Positions 37,287-45,383 of a DNA stretch of 45,383 bases are shown one piece after another (the first letter of the stretch is position 1; every line of letters starts with the position of its first letter). Origin of the DNA: an uncultured Clostridia bacterium (GTDB lineage: Bacteria > Bacillota > Dehalobacteriia > UBA4068); contig CALXSV010000094.1 of the NCBI GenBank assembly GCA_944391235.1, positions 1-45,383 on the forward strand, given 5' to 3'. The notes under the pieces are model-generated. The model saw only the letters and a program-made list of their open reading frames with translations, was not told where the DNA came from and made no database searches. Both the position numbers and the translations under genes were made by a program.

Positions 37287-37853
37287 CTATGGCTGGCGCG
37301 CCGTGTCAAACCGCCTGCACCAGTCCTCACGCAGCAGAGCATACAGCTTCATATCCAGTATCTGGCCGTTTTTGACGGCATTCCGTCGCAAAATGCCTTC
37401 CAGTTGGAATCCACATTTCTCCAGAATGCGGCAGGAAGCCAGGTTATGGGCAAAAGGTTCGGCAAAGAGTCGCAGAATATCGGTGTTGCGAAAAAGATAA
37501 TGGCAAAATTGTTGCACTGCGCTGCTGCCCAGACCCTTTCCCCAATAGGACTCTCCCAGATAATAGCCCAGCTCTGCAGTTCGATAATGGATATTCCCTC
37601 CCCGGAATGCACCAATGCTGCCAATGGCTTTGTCCTGCAGACAGATGGCAAAGGCAAAGGTATTGTTTTTTTCGGATGACAGCATGGCGGCAATATAGTC
37701 CTGTGCATCCTTTTCCGTATAGGGGTAGGGCAATCCATCGCGTAGGTTGTTTTGTACCCGGGGATTGTTGAGTATTTCCACTAAGCTTGCGGCGTCCTGC
37801 ATCCGCCATGTCCGAATCTGACATTGCATGGTTCTATGGTCTCCTTTATCCAT
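37287..37853 (-). CDS. GNAT-family N-acetyltransferase (RimJ/RimL-like)
   Basis: IRTWRMQDAASLVEILNNPRV..., Acetyltransf_3-type core (YYLGESYWGKGLGSSAV). The start may be the Met at 37829. Confidence 0.8.
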   Translation of the reverse strand: MDKGDHRTMQCQIRTWRMQDAASLVEILNNPRVQNNLRDGLPYPYTEKDAQDYIAAMLSSEKNNTFAFAICLQDKAIGSIGAFRGGNIHYRTAELGYYLGESYWGKGLGSSAVQQFCHYLFRNTDILRLFAEPFAHNLASCRILEKCGFQLEGILRRNAVKNGQILDMKLYALLREDWCRRFDTARQP

Positions 37854-37917
37854 GTGTTGCTCTGTAGAGGCAACTCACTCTTTTTCCCTTGTTATCAGCT
37901 TAAAACGAAAAAGAAAA

Positions 37918-37953
37918 GATTCAGGCTTTCGGTACCGGGCCTGAATCTTTTTT
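37918..37953. terminator. Terminator after guaB
   Basis: GATTCAGGC - 12-nt loop - GCCTGAATC, flanked by an A-run and a T-run. Confidence 0.75.
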
Positions 37954-37972
37954 GTTGCTGCATATAAAGGCC

Positions 37973-39475
37973 TTAGCCGTTGATAGTCTGGTCTTTGAGC
38001 AGTACGTCGTGCGCGCCGCCTTCCACAATGCTCACCGAGCTGACCAACGTTAACTTGGCCCGTGCACGTAGCTGCGGCAGGGTAAGCTCTCCGCAGTTGC
38101 ACATGGTGCTGCCTATTTTGGATAAGGTGGTACGCAGTCCCTGATGCATGCTGCCAGCATAGGGAACGTAGGAATCCACGCCCTCTTCAAAGCTTAATTT
38201 GCTGTCCCCACCCAAATCGTAGCGCTGCCAGTTGCGGGCGCGGGATGAGCCTTCGCCCCAGTATTCCTTCATATAGCTACCGTTTACCAGCACCTTGTTG
38301 GTCGGACTTTCATCAAAACGGGAGAAGTAACGGCCCAGCATGCAGAAATCTGCACCCATGGCCAGCGCCAATGTGATGTGGTAGTCATGCACAATTCCGC
38401 CGTCCGAGCAGATAGGAATATAGATGCCGGTTTCTTCAAAGTATTCATCACGGGCACGCGCCACCTCGATTACAGCGGTAGCTTGTCCGCGCCCAATGCC
38501 CTTTGTTTCGCGGGTAATACAGATGGAGCCGCCGCCAATGCCCACCTTGATAAAGTCTGCACCTGCCTCTGCCAGAAAACGGAAGCCCTCACGATCCACT
38601 ACATTGCCAGCACCGATTTTTACGCTATCACCATATTTCTGCCGCACAAAATCCAGTGTGCGCTTTTGCCATTCGCTGTAGCCTTCTGAGGAATCGATGC
38701 ACAGCACATCTGCGCCAGCTTCGATCAGAGCTGGAATGCGCTCGGCATAATCACGCGTATTCACGCCGGCACCTACCAGATAACGTTTGTGTGAATCCAG
38801 TAGCTCCAACGGCTGCTCTTTGTGCGCGTCATAATCCTTACGGAAAACAAATGCTACCAGATTGCCCTCGTTGCTGACAATGGGTAGGCTGTTTAACTTG
38901 TGATCCCAGAGAATGTCGTTGGCTTCGGACAGGGATACGCCCTGCGGTGCGGTAATCAGCTTTTCTATGGGGGTCATAAATTCGCTTACTTTTTGTGTGG
39001 TTTCCATGCGGCTGATGCGGTAATCGCGGCTGGTTACCAGGCCCAGCAACTTACCAGTGCCTGTCCCATCGTCCGTGATGGCCATTGTGGAAAAGCCGTT
39101 GCGCGCTTTTAACTCCAGCACATCGGCTAAGGTATTATCCGGACGCAGGTTGGAAGCACTGACCACGAAACCGGCGCGGTGACTCTTGGCTCGGCGTACC
39201 ATAGCAGCCTGCGATTCAATGCTTTGCGATACATAGATAAAGGAAATGCCACCTTCCTTGGCCAGCGATACGGCCATTCGGTCGTCGGAGACAGCCTGCA
39301 TAATGGCAGAGGTCATGGGAATATTGATTGAGAGTGCGGCTTCCTCGCCTTTTTTAAAGCGTACCAGCGGCGTGCGCAAGGACACGTTGTCCGGCAGGCA
39401 CTCTGCTGAGGAATAGCCTGGAATCAGCAGATATTCGCTGAATGTTCTGGACGGTTCGTCATAGTAATAAGCCAT
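37973..39475 (-). CDS. guaB: IMP dehydrogenase (with CBS subdomain)
   Basis: Catalytic loop [13 protein letters not shown], plus CSDGGI, MLG and an internal CBS pair. Confidence 0.95.
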   Translation of the reverse strand: MAYYYDEPSRTFSEYLLIPGYSSAECLPDNVSLRTPLVRFKKGEEAALSINIPMTSAIMQAVSDDRMAVSLAKEGGISFIYVSQSIESQAAMVRRAKSHRAGFVVSASNLRPDNTLADVLELKARNGFSTMAITDDGTGTGKLLGLVTSRDYRISRMETTQKVSEFMTPIEKLITAPQGVSLSEANDILWDHKLNSLPIVSNEGNLVAFVFRKDYDAHKEQPLELLDSHKRYLVGAGVNTRDYAERIPALIEAGADVLCIDSSEGYSEWQKRTLDFVRQKYGDSVKIGAGNVVDREGFRFLAEAGADFIKVGIGGGSICITRETKGIGRGQATAVIEVARARDEYFEETGIYIPICSDGGIVHDYHITLALAMGADFCMLGRYFSRFDESPTNKVLVNGSYMKEYWGEGSSRARNWQRYDLGGDSKLSFEEGVDSYVPYAGSMHQGLRTTLSKIGSTMCNCGELTLPQLRARAKLTLVSSVSIVEGGAHDVLLKDQTING

Positions 39476-39589
39476 GTCATCCTCCTGTGTAAGGGCAAAT
39501 GCTTTGTCGTTAACTTAATAATATTGGCGCTTTTTTGCCTAAACCCTGCTATTGTGGGAAAATATTTTTCTTACTCCCTGCTTGGGCGT

Positions 39590-40933
39590 TCAGTGCAGCT
39601 CCAAGGCCTGTAGTGCCTGCACAACAGTTTCCAGGTGCAGGGAATGCGAAGATTTGACCAGTACGCTGTCACCTTTGCGCAGTAGGCTGGGCAGAGCTGC
39701 GATAAGCTGCTGCGGCGTGTCAAAGTGCGCGTCCGCCTGCATGACTGCTGCCAGATCGCCTACGGACAGCAGAACATCTGCCTTGCCGCGCGCGTATTCC
39801 CCTACTTGGCGGTGCAGCTGCTCCGCGTTGCTGCCCAACTCGTACATATCGCCCAAGATGGCAACGCGGCGGCCTGTCATACCAGCTAGATCATCTAATG
39901 CCGCCTGCATGGAGGTAGGGTTGGCATTGTAAGTGCTGTCCATAATTTGCAGGCTAGTGGTGCTAAGAATATTACCGCGGCCGCTGGGTGGTGCAAAAGC
40001 AGCTACGCCATCGCGAATCTGCTCTTCATTTAAGCCCATCTGTCGCGCCACCGCTACTGCGGGTAAGATGCTGTATAGCAGATGCGTGCCCCGATAGCGG
40101 CTGTGCAGCTCTAAGGCCGATAGCCCCAGTCCTTCCACTGTGCAGCAGAAGCCGTTTGCAGTATTGTCCCAGCTTAGCACACGTACATCGCAATCCGCTG
40201 TGCTGCCGTAGCGGTAGCGTTTGATATTGAACGGTGGTTGGTAATAGCGGAAGTATTCGTCATCTCCATTCAGGAAGATGCTGGCGCCTGGCCGCAGAAA
40301 ACCACACATCTCGGTTTTGGCCCGTACCACGCCCGCGCGGTCGCCCAGATTTTCCAGGTGCGCATCGGCAGCATTGGTAAACACAGCTAGATTTGGCTGG
40401 GCAATGGAGGCCAGATAGCTCATCTCACCAAAATGGTTGATGCCCATTTCAATAACGGCCACCTGGTGGCTGCTGTTGATCTGCAATAGCGTTAGCGGTA
40501 CGCCAAGATGATTATTGAAATTGCCGGCTGTTTTGAGCACTGTATATTTTTGTCCCAACACGCTGGCCAGCATGTCCTTGCAGGTGGTTTTCCCTACGCT
40601 GCCGGTTACGCCAATGAGTATACCGGTGAACTGGCGGCGGTAAGCGCGGGCAATATCACCCAGTGCAGCTATTGTATCCGGTACCCGGATGCAGGGCAGG
40701 GTGGAATCTGTGTCCTCCTGCACCAGCGCGGCAATCGCGCCTTTCTGTGCTGCCGCGGAGATAAAATCGTGACCATTCACTCGTTCGCCGGGGATGGCTA
40801 CAAACAGACTGTTGCCGCTGACGTTACGACTATCTGTCGCAATGTCTTGTAGGCTTGTTTCCAGCACTGCATCCGGACCTTTGTATACGCCGCCACAGGC
40901 CTGCAGTGCTTGTCGTAAAGTAAAGTTTTCCAT
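39590..40933 (-). CDS. murF: UDP-N-acetylmuramoyl-tripeptide--D-alanyl-D-alanine ligase
   Basis: Mur ligase motifs GVTGSVGKTT and EMGINHFGE, with a C-terminal domain (the region around GRRVAILGDMYELG). Confidence 0.9.
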   Translation of the reverse strand: MENFTLRQALQACGGVYKGPDAVLETSLQDIATDSRNVSGNSLFVAIPGERVNGHDFISAAAQKGAIAALVQEDTDSTLPCIRVPDTIAALGDIARAYRRQFTGILIGVTGSVGKTTCKDMLASVLGQKYTVLKTAGNFNNHLGVPLTLLQINSSHQVAVIEMGINHFGEMSYLASIAQPNLAVFTNAADAHLENLGDRAGVVRAKTEMCGFLRPGASIFLNGDDEYFRYYQPPFNIKRYRYGSTADCDVRVLSWDNTANGFCCTVEGLGLSALELHSRYRGTHLLYSILPAVAVARQMGLNEEQIRDGVAAFAPPSGRGNILSTTSLQIMDSTYNANPTSMQAALDDLAGMTGRRVAILGDMYELGSNAEQLHRQVGEYARGKADVLLSVGDLAAVMQADAHFDTPQQLIAALPSLLRKGDSVLVKSSHSLHLETVVQALQALELH

Positions 40934-40990
40934 ATGTACTCCTTTGGAATATGAAAAGGTAAAGGATTCATACCGTTGAGCAGGAGCTGC

Positions 40991-42028
40991 TTATTGCGTA
41001 TAACGGGCTAAGGATAGCTCGATAATTTTTTCGCATAGCTGGTTATAGTTGATACCTGCCGCGGCTGCCTCCTGTGGAACCAGAGACGTAGGCGTCATGC
41101 CAGGCAGAGTGTTGATTTCCAGAATATACAGCTGACCATCTGGCGTGAGAATGAAATCAGCCCGCGCGTAAACCTGTAAGCCCAGGGCATGATAGGCAGT
41201 TTTGGCCGCCTGCTGAATGCGCTGCGTGATTTCTTCATCAATGCGTGCTGGACAGATTTCCCGGCAGGCCCCTGCCTGGTATTTCACCACATAGTCGAAG
41301 AATTTGCTGTCATAATCCAGCTCTATGGGCGGCAGCGCCTCTTCGCCCAGTATGGCCACCTGTATTTCCCGGCCTGCTATGTATTGTTCTACCAGCACGC
41401 GGTTATCGCAGGCAAAGGCCAGATCCAGCGCTGCTTCCAGTTGTGCTGGCTCCTCTACCAGCGTAGTGGCTACGCTGGAGCCGCCGCTGCAAGGCTTAAC
41501 GATCAGCGGATAGTCGGGCAAGGGGGGCAACTGTTGCCCTTTGCACAGCGTAAGGCCCTGCGGCACCTGTAGTCCCGCATTGAGAAACATCTGCTTGGAG
41601 ATTTCCTTATCCATGGCCATAGCACTGGAGAGCGTATTGCTGCCCGTGTATTTTACGCCCAGCAAATCCAGCAGCGCCTGCACCTTGCCATCCTCACCGT
41701 CTGCGCCATGTAGACCGAGAAATACCAGGTCGGCTGCGCGCAGCAGCTTAATGACCTGCGGTCCAATGCGGCAGGGGGATTTATCGGCCCGTTGGCCCCG
41801 TACAGCCTGCAGATCCGGCGCCTGCGTGGGCACACTCTGTTCGCTGGGAGGCGGGGCGCTGGCAAAAAAGGCTGGCAAATCCGCAATGGGCTCCTCTACG
41901 CCCAGAAACATATCGATAACCACTGCCTGATGCCCGTTTTGTCGCAGCGCAGCACAAATCTGGCTGCTGCTGGTCAGAGAGACATCCCGTTCAACGGATA
42001 AACCGCCGCCTAAAACTACTATTTTCAT
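40991..42028 (-). CDS. ddl: D-alanine--D-alanine ligase
   Basis: MKIVVLGGGLSVERDVSL, FLGLHGADGEDGKVQALLDLLGVKYTGS, ATP-grasp C-terminus EINTLPGMT. The ATG at 42028 lies 2 nt after the idi stop, so the track ORF is over-extended. Confidence 0.9.
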   Translation of the reverse strand: MKIVVLGGGLSVERDVSLTSSSQICAALRQNGHQAVVIDMFLGVEEPIADLPAFFASAPPPSEQSVPTQAPDLQAVRGQRADKSPCRIGPQVIKLLRAADLVFLGLHGADGEDGKVQALLDLLGVKYTGSNTLSSAMAMDKEISKQMFLNAGLQVPQGLTLCKGQQLPPLPDYPLIVKPCSGGSSVATTLVEEPAQLEAALDLAFACDNRVLVEQYIAGREIQVAILGEEALPPIELDYDSKFFDYVVKYQAGACREICPARIDEEITQRIQQAAKTAYHALGLQVYARADFILTPDGQLYILEINTLPGMTPTSLVPQEAAAAGINYNQLCEKIIELSLARYTQ

Positions 42029-42030
42029 AT

Positions 42031-42588
42031 TTATATATAATCCTCCGTGGTAGGTATGGCTTTGTCTTGTAATTGCGCGATTACGCGCGGCGCGCAGATT
42101 CGAAACCAAGGGGCAAAGACCTTAGGCTGCGTTTTTAATTGTCTTTGCAGTACAGAGGCCTCAATCCATTTTAGCGCGGCAATTTCCTGCGAATCCGGCT
42201 GTGGCGTATCGCCCTGCCATTGTCCGCACAGTACATGGTCAAACTCATATTCTGTCAGCCCATTGGCAAAGCCGGCCCGGTAGATAAAGGTAAACAGCTC
42301 ATGCAGATTGGCACAGTGCAGGCCGGTTTCCTCTTGCAAGCGCTGCTGCGCGGCCTGCAGGATATCCTGGCCGGGACGGGGATGCGAGCAGCAGGTATTG
42401 GCCCACAGTCCGCCGCAGTGGTATTTGTCTAAGGCACGCTGTTGAACCAGCAGTTGAAGCTCGCCGCATTCCTGCCGCCAGATAAAAACGGAAAAGGCGC
42501 GGTGCAGCAGGGCGCGGCGGTGCGCTTCCATTTTTTCCGCTGTGCCCAGCTGCCTATCCTGTTGATCTACCAGAATTACATCGCTCAT
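42031..42588 (-). CDS. idi: Isopentenyl-diphosphate delta-isomerase, type 1 (Nudix)
   Basis: LLHRAFSVFIW, GLWANTCCSHP, and the E..GL Nudix-like segment, typical of type-1 IDI. Confidence 0.85.
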   Translation of the reverse strand: MSDVILVDQQDRQLGTAEKMEAHRRALLHRAFSVFIWRQECGELQLLVQQRALDKYHCGGLWANTCCSHPRPGQDILQAAQQRLQEETGLHCANLHELFTFIYRAGFANGLTEYEFDHVLCGQWQGDTPQPDSQEIAALKWIEASVLQRQLKTQPKVFAPWFRICAPRVIAQLQDKAIPTTEDYI

Positions 42589-42663
42589 TACGCCATCTAC
42601 CTTTAAACTATTCTTAATAGTCTATTATGCACCAAAATTGCGTGTTTGGCAAGCAAAACGCAG

Positions 42664-43722
42664 TTATTCGTCCTGTTTTTGCGCAGCCAGATTGTTCGCT
42701 GTGGCCAGCAGTCGTTTGGCAATCTGCTCCACCTTGCTGTAATCTACAGCCTGCATGTAAATATCCTCAATGCTATCGTGAATTTTCTTGGCTGCTGCTA
42801 CCTGCTGCCCGGCCTGCCCGGTCAGCTGCTCGATTTGTTGCAAGCAGGTCTGATCCTCCTCATGATAGCTGCCGCAGTTGATTACCGTATCGCCTTCACG
42901 AAGCGCATCCGGTACTGTATCCAGCAACAGCAGCGCGGTGTCCTGTTGCGGCAACAGGAGCAGCTCAATCTGCTGTGGCTGCAAGGCGCTGTGGTAGATT
43001 TCCATGTCACAGCCGCGTGCCTCTGCGGCTTGCGCGATTTCACCGATTAGTTGCTCGCGTCCTCCCCCGGGCGGGCCGACCAGCAAATAGCGGTTTGCTG
43101 CCTGTCGGGACAGCTGCTCTGCATAGCTGACCAGGCCGCGCGGTGTGACTGCCGAGGCAAACAAATGGCGGCAGCGGGGCGCGCTGTCAGGGAAAAGCGC
43201 TGCAAGCAGGCTATCTTTGTGCTGCCGACATACCTCTGGTGCATAGCTGCTGTGGCGGTCTTTTATTTCTCCCAGCACATCGGCCACTTCCCGCAATAGG
43301 GAGAAGCAGCGTGCATAGCAGGCGGAAGAAGCGTTGCTTAGATCTATAATCTGCTGTTTTTGCTGCCGCAACAGGCGGCTGTCCCAGCAGCAACCCAAAT
43401 CGATAAGGCTTTCTACGGCCCCGGGATAACGGGGGTCTACGATATGCGGTGCTGTGCCGTCAATAACGGCCAGAGACAGCTCGGGAATCAGTACGCCGTC
43501 CAGGGACTCGCTATCTGAGGCACAGGGCCATAATTCCACAGCCAGACCCTGCTCCAGCATTTCTTTGGCCAAGCGGCGCATAAGCGTACTTTTACCGCAG
43601 CCTGGTCCACCTTTGAGAATATATACTCTGTCTGCGTATTGTAATCCAGAGGGGAAAAGAGAGACATAGCCATTGGTGGTATTGCTGCCAGGGAAAGCAT
43701 AGGTGCGTTGTGGTTTATCCAT
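42664..43722 (-). CDS. Uncharacterised P-loop ATPase (two-lobed, PRK06851-like)
   Basis: Walker A ILKGGPGCGKSTL near the N-terminus and a degenerate second loop LLVGPPGGGREQL. The family name is from memory. Confidence 0.65.
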   Translation of the reverse strand: MDKPQRTYAFPGSNTTNGYVSLFPSGLQYADRVYILKGGPGCGKSTLMRRLAKEMLEQGLAVELWPCASDSESLDGVLIPELSLAVIDGTAPHIVDPRYPGAVESLIDLGCCWDSRLLRQQKQQIIDLSNASSACYARCFSLLREVADVLGEIKDRHSSYAPEVCRQHKDSLLAALFPDSAPRCRHLFASAVTPRGLVSYAEQLSRQAANRYLLVGPPGGGREQLIGEIAQAAEARGCDMEIYHSALQPQQIELLLLPQQDTALLLLDTVPDALREGDTVINCGSYHEEDQTCLQQIEQLTGQAGQQVAAAKKIHDSIEDIYMQAVDYSKVEQIAKRLLATANNLAAQKQDE

Positions 43723-43783
43723 AAAAAATCCTCCCTGTAAAATTCATCATGTGCTATCATATGCGGTTGATAGCAGAGAAAGT

Positions 43784-43812
43784 GCATATTTATCTGCGGC
43801 GGCGCATAGCTA
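43784..43812 (+). promoter_or_regulatory. Candidate mother-cell (sigma-E-type) sporulation promoter
   Basis: GCATATT - 14 nt - CATAGCTA, compared with the Bacillus sigma-E consensus kmATATT-N14-CATACAhT. It lies about 30 nt upstream of the ATG at 43841. Confidence 0.3.
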
Positions 43813-43840
43813 TTTGATAGAAAGCAAGGAGGATTCCCGT

Positions 43841-45383
43841 ATGGCAGAACTGCGTTTACCGCTACAAAGAACAATATTTTTACCCTCCGGCGCGCCGTCT
43901 CTGGGTAGTATCTACCAGATTTCCGGCGATTTGCGCCAGGTACGCTGTGGTTGTACCGGCCCGGACGTCTACTGCTCCGGGGAGGCGGATATCCTGATTG
44001 AATATACCTCTGGTGGCGGTGGCGGCGGGTTATTTGGCTATAGCGAGTCCAATGCGCAGGATAACGCCACCTGGCAGGCTTTAATCACCGTGCCTTTCCA
44101 GTTGAGTCAGCCGGGTCAGCTGCCGCCGGATGGACCCTTCCGCGTGGAATTGGGTCAAATGGAATGGTTTATTGCCGCAGCCCGCGCCATTGAGTTGGAA
44201 ACGGAGCTGCTTATCAGGTATGCAGCGGCTGAGGATGGCGAGGCTTTGTCAGGCGCAGTGCAGGTGGAGAGCCGCTCAGCGCCAGATACACTGTCGCAGT
44301 TTGAAGATTGGCCGCAATCCCAAACGCAGCCGGAGCATAATCCGCAATCCGCGCTCAGGGAGCGAACGGGGGTCAAAGGAGTCCCCCCCGTCCCCCATGC
44401 AGAATCGGCTACGGACAGATTGTCGGATGTGGCTATGCACACGATTACGCGCAGCCCTATCAAGCGGGAGGATTCCAGGCCTAGGGAATGGAGGATGGTT
44501 ACATTGACTGGTGAGGATGAGAGATATGAAACGAATGACCTACATCGTGCTGCTGTCCACCCGCAGAACGGGCAGAAGCGCCACGTGGAGGTGGTCGACC
44601 TGTCTGGCGGACAGAGTGAAAATGTGGAGGCGGCAATTATGCGCGCCCTGGCAGAGGCGGATGCAGAGATAGAAGAGGTGCGCTCTGTTCTGGATACACC
44701 TACGCAAAAGAAAGATTCTGTATCACAAATTCCAGTCGAGAAAGAAAATGGTGCGGGCCAGGATGTAAGGACAGTGACTGGACAAATGCAGTTGGAAAAA
44801 GCGCAGGAGCCGCATGAAGCAGCGGAGACGGATGAATCCACGCTTTTGCGTCCACCCAAGGACGTGGTAGAGGAGCAACCATATCTGCGCAAAAAAACGT
44901 CGCAGTCCGGTATGGATCGAGAGATGGAGCAGCCAATGGCTCCGCTGTCCCCGGCAGAAAGCACAACGCCGATAGAGCCGCTGGCTTCAGTGGAGCCGGG
45001 CGTACAGGAAGAGCAAAAGCATAGTGCGCTGGATACGAACAGTCGTGCTGCGGAGGAGGATACACAAATTCAGATTGATTTGCGCAAACCGCATGCCTTT
45101 GCTGCGGAAGAAATCTCCGAGCGCCAGGGAGATGCGCGAGGCGACGCAGCTGAGGCTGCCGGGACTTCCGTAGTGCAGCAGGAGGCAGATCCTGCTGTGG
45201 AGTATGACAAATTGGCAGAAGAGGGTGACATCGAGCAAATTGTGGAAGATTTAACGCAGCAGCCTGCGGAGGATTCTGGCCAGGCGGAAAATGCCGCTGC
45301 GCGAGAGATAGTAGCGCCGGCGTCAGCGCAGCCGGAGTCGCCGGCAAAAGGCCTCGTTACCATTAGCAGCGCTGCGGACGAAG
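43841..45383 (+). CDS. Large acidic low-complexity protein, partial (open to the right edge); N-terminal domain resembles the SpoVID/SPOCS (DUF3794) type
   Basis: Not in the ORF track because no stop lies in the window. AAGGAGGA precedes the ATG at 43841. An uninterrupted frame of 514 codons runs to the window end. N-terminus: MAELRLPLQRTIFLPSGAPSLGSIYQISGDLRQVRC...ADILIEYTS.... An E/D/Q/A/P-rich region follows. Confidence 0.7.
   Translation, partial: MAELRLPLQRTIFLPSGAPSLGSIYQISGDLRQVRCGCTGPDVYCSGEADILIEYTSGGGGGGLFGYSESNAQDNATWQALITVPFQLSQPGQLPPDGPFRVELGQMEWFIAAARAIELETELLIRYAAAEDGEALSGAVQVESRSAPDTLSQFEDWPQSQTQPEHNPQSALRERTGVKGVPPVPHAESATDRLSDVAMHTITRSPIKREDSRPREWRMVTLTGEDERYETNDLHRAAVHPQNGQKRHVEVVDLSGGQSENVEAAIMRALAEADAEIEEVRSVLDTPTQKKDSVSQIPVEKENGAGQDVRTVTGQMQLEKAQEPHEAAETDESTLLRPPKDVVEEQPYLRKKTSQSGMDREMEQPMAPLSPAESTTPIEPLASVEPGVQEEQKHSALDTNSRAAEEDTQIQIDLRKPHAFAAEEISERQGDARGDAAEAAGTSVVQQEADPAVEYDKLAEEGDIEQIVEDLTQQPAEDSGQAENAAAREIVAPASAQPESPAKGLVTISSAADE

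Noticed and set aside
44130-45347. Track ORFs 44130-44507 (+), 44155-44964 (-), 44700-45347 (-) and others
   Set aside because: All lie inside the single uninterrupted plus-strand frame that starts at 43841 with a strong SD. Their translations are Arg/Ser/Cys/Pro-rich and not protein-like.

Overview
This is a 45.4 kb chromosomal segment that looks like a spore-forming Firmicute (Clostridia-like) with SLH-anchored wall proteins. It is densely packed with housekeeping genes on both strands.

Contents, left to right:
- An SLH-domain ORF fragment, a very Met-rich lipoprotein, a CBS-pair protein, a 5'-nucleotidase lipoprotein and cardiolipin synthase.
- A DUF35 plus thiolase-fold gene pair.
- An AT-rich stretch with a lipoprotein gene next to a tRNA-Thr/Tyr/fMet operon.
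- An orphan LivJ-type binding protein, pgeF, a transglutaminase-SLH protein, a CNNM/CorC protein and a dGTPase.
- The rpmH-rnpA-yidD-yidC-jag cluster followed by tRNA-Thr(GGU).
- ddh-lysA, then a LysR regulator divergent from a class-V aminotransferase.
- Two tandem low-complexity proteins.
- A leader with riboswitch-like motifs in front of a Ca/Mn-type P-type ATPase.
- A lipoprotein-MBOAT-DHHW acyltransferase triad.
- metQNI, a GNAT gene, guaB, and idi-ddl-murF.
- A P-loop ATPase and a large acidic SpoVID-like ORF running off the right edge.

I saw no transposase, integrase, CRISPR array, rRNA or recognisable defence genes.

The candidates most worth follow-up are:
1. The thiolase-fold protein, which appears to lack the canonical Cys/His catalytic residues and is paired with DUF35 (Ltp2-like aldolase architecture).
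2. The tandem G/A/S/P-rich and polyQ proteins.
3. The candidate yybP-ykoY (Mn) leader before the ATPase.
4. The unexplained leader of about 350 nt before metQNI.
5. The MBOAT/DHHW triad in an SLH-protein context.

All family calls come from reading the translated ORFs for motifs by eye. Nothing was searched or computed.
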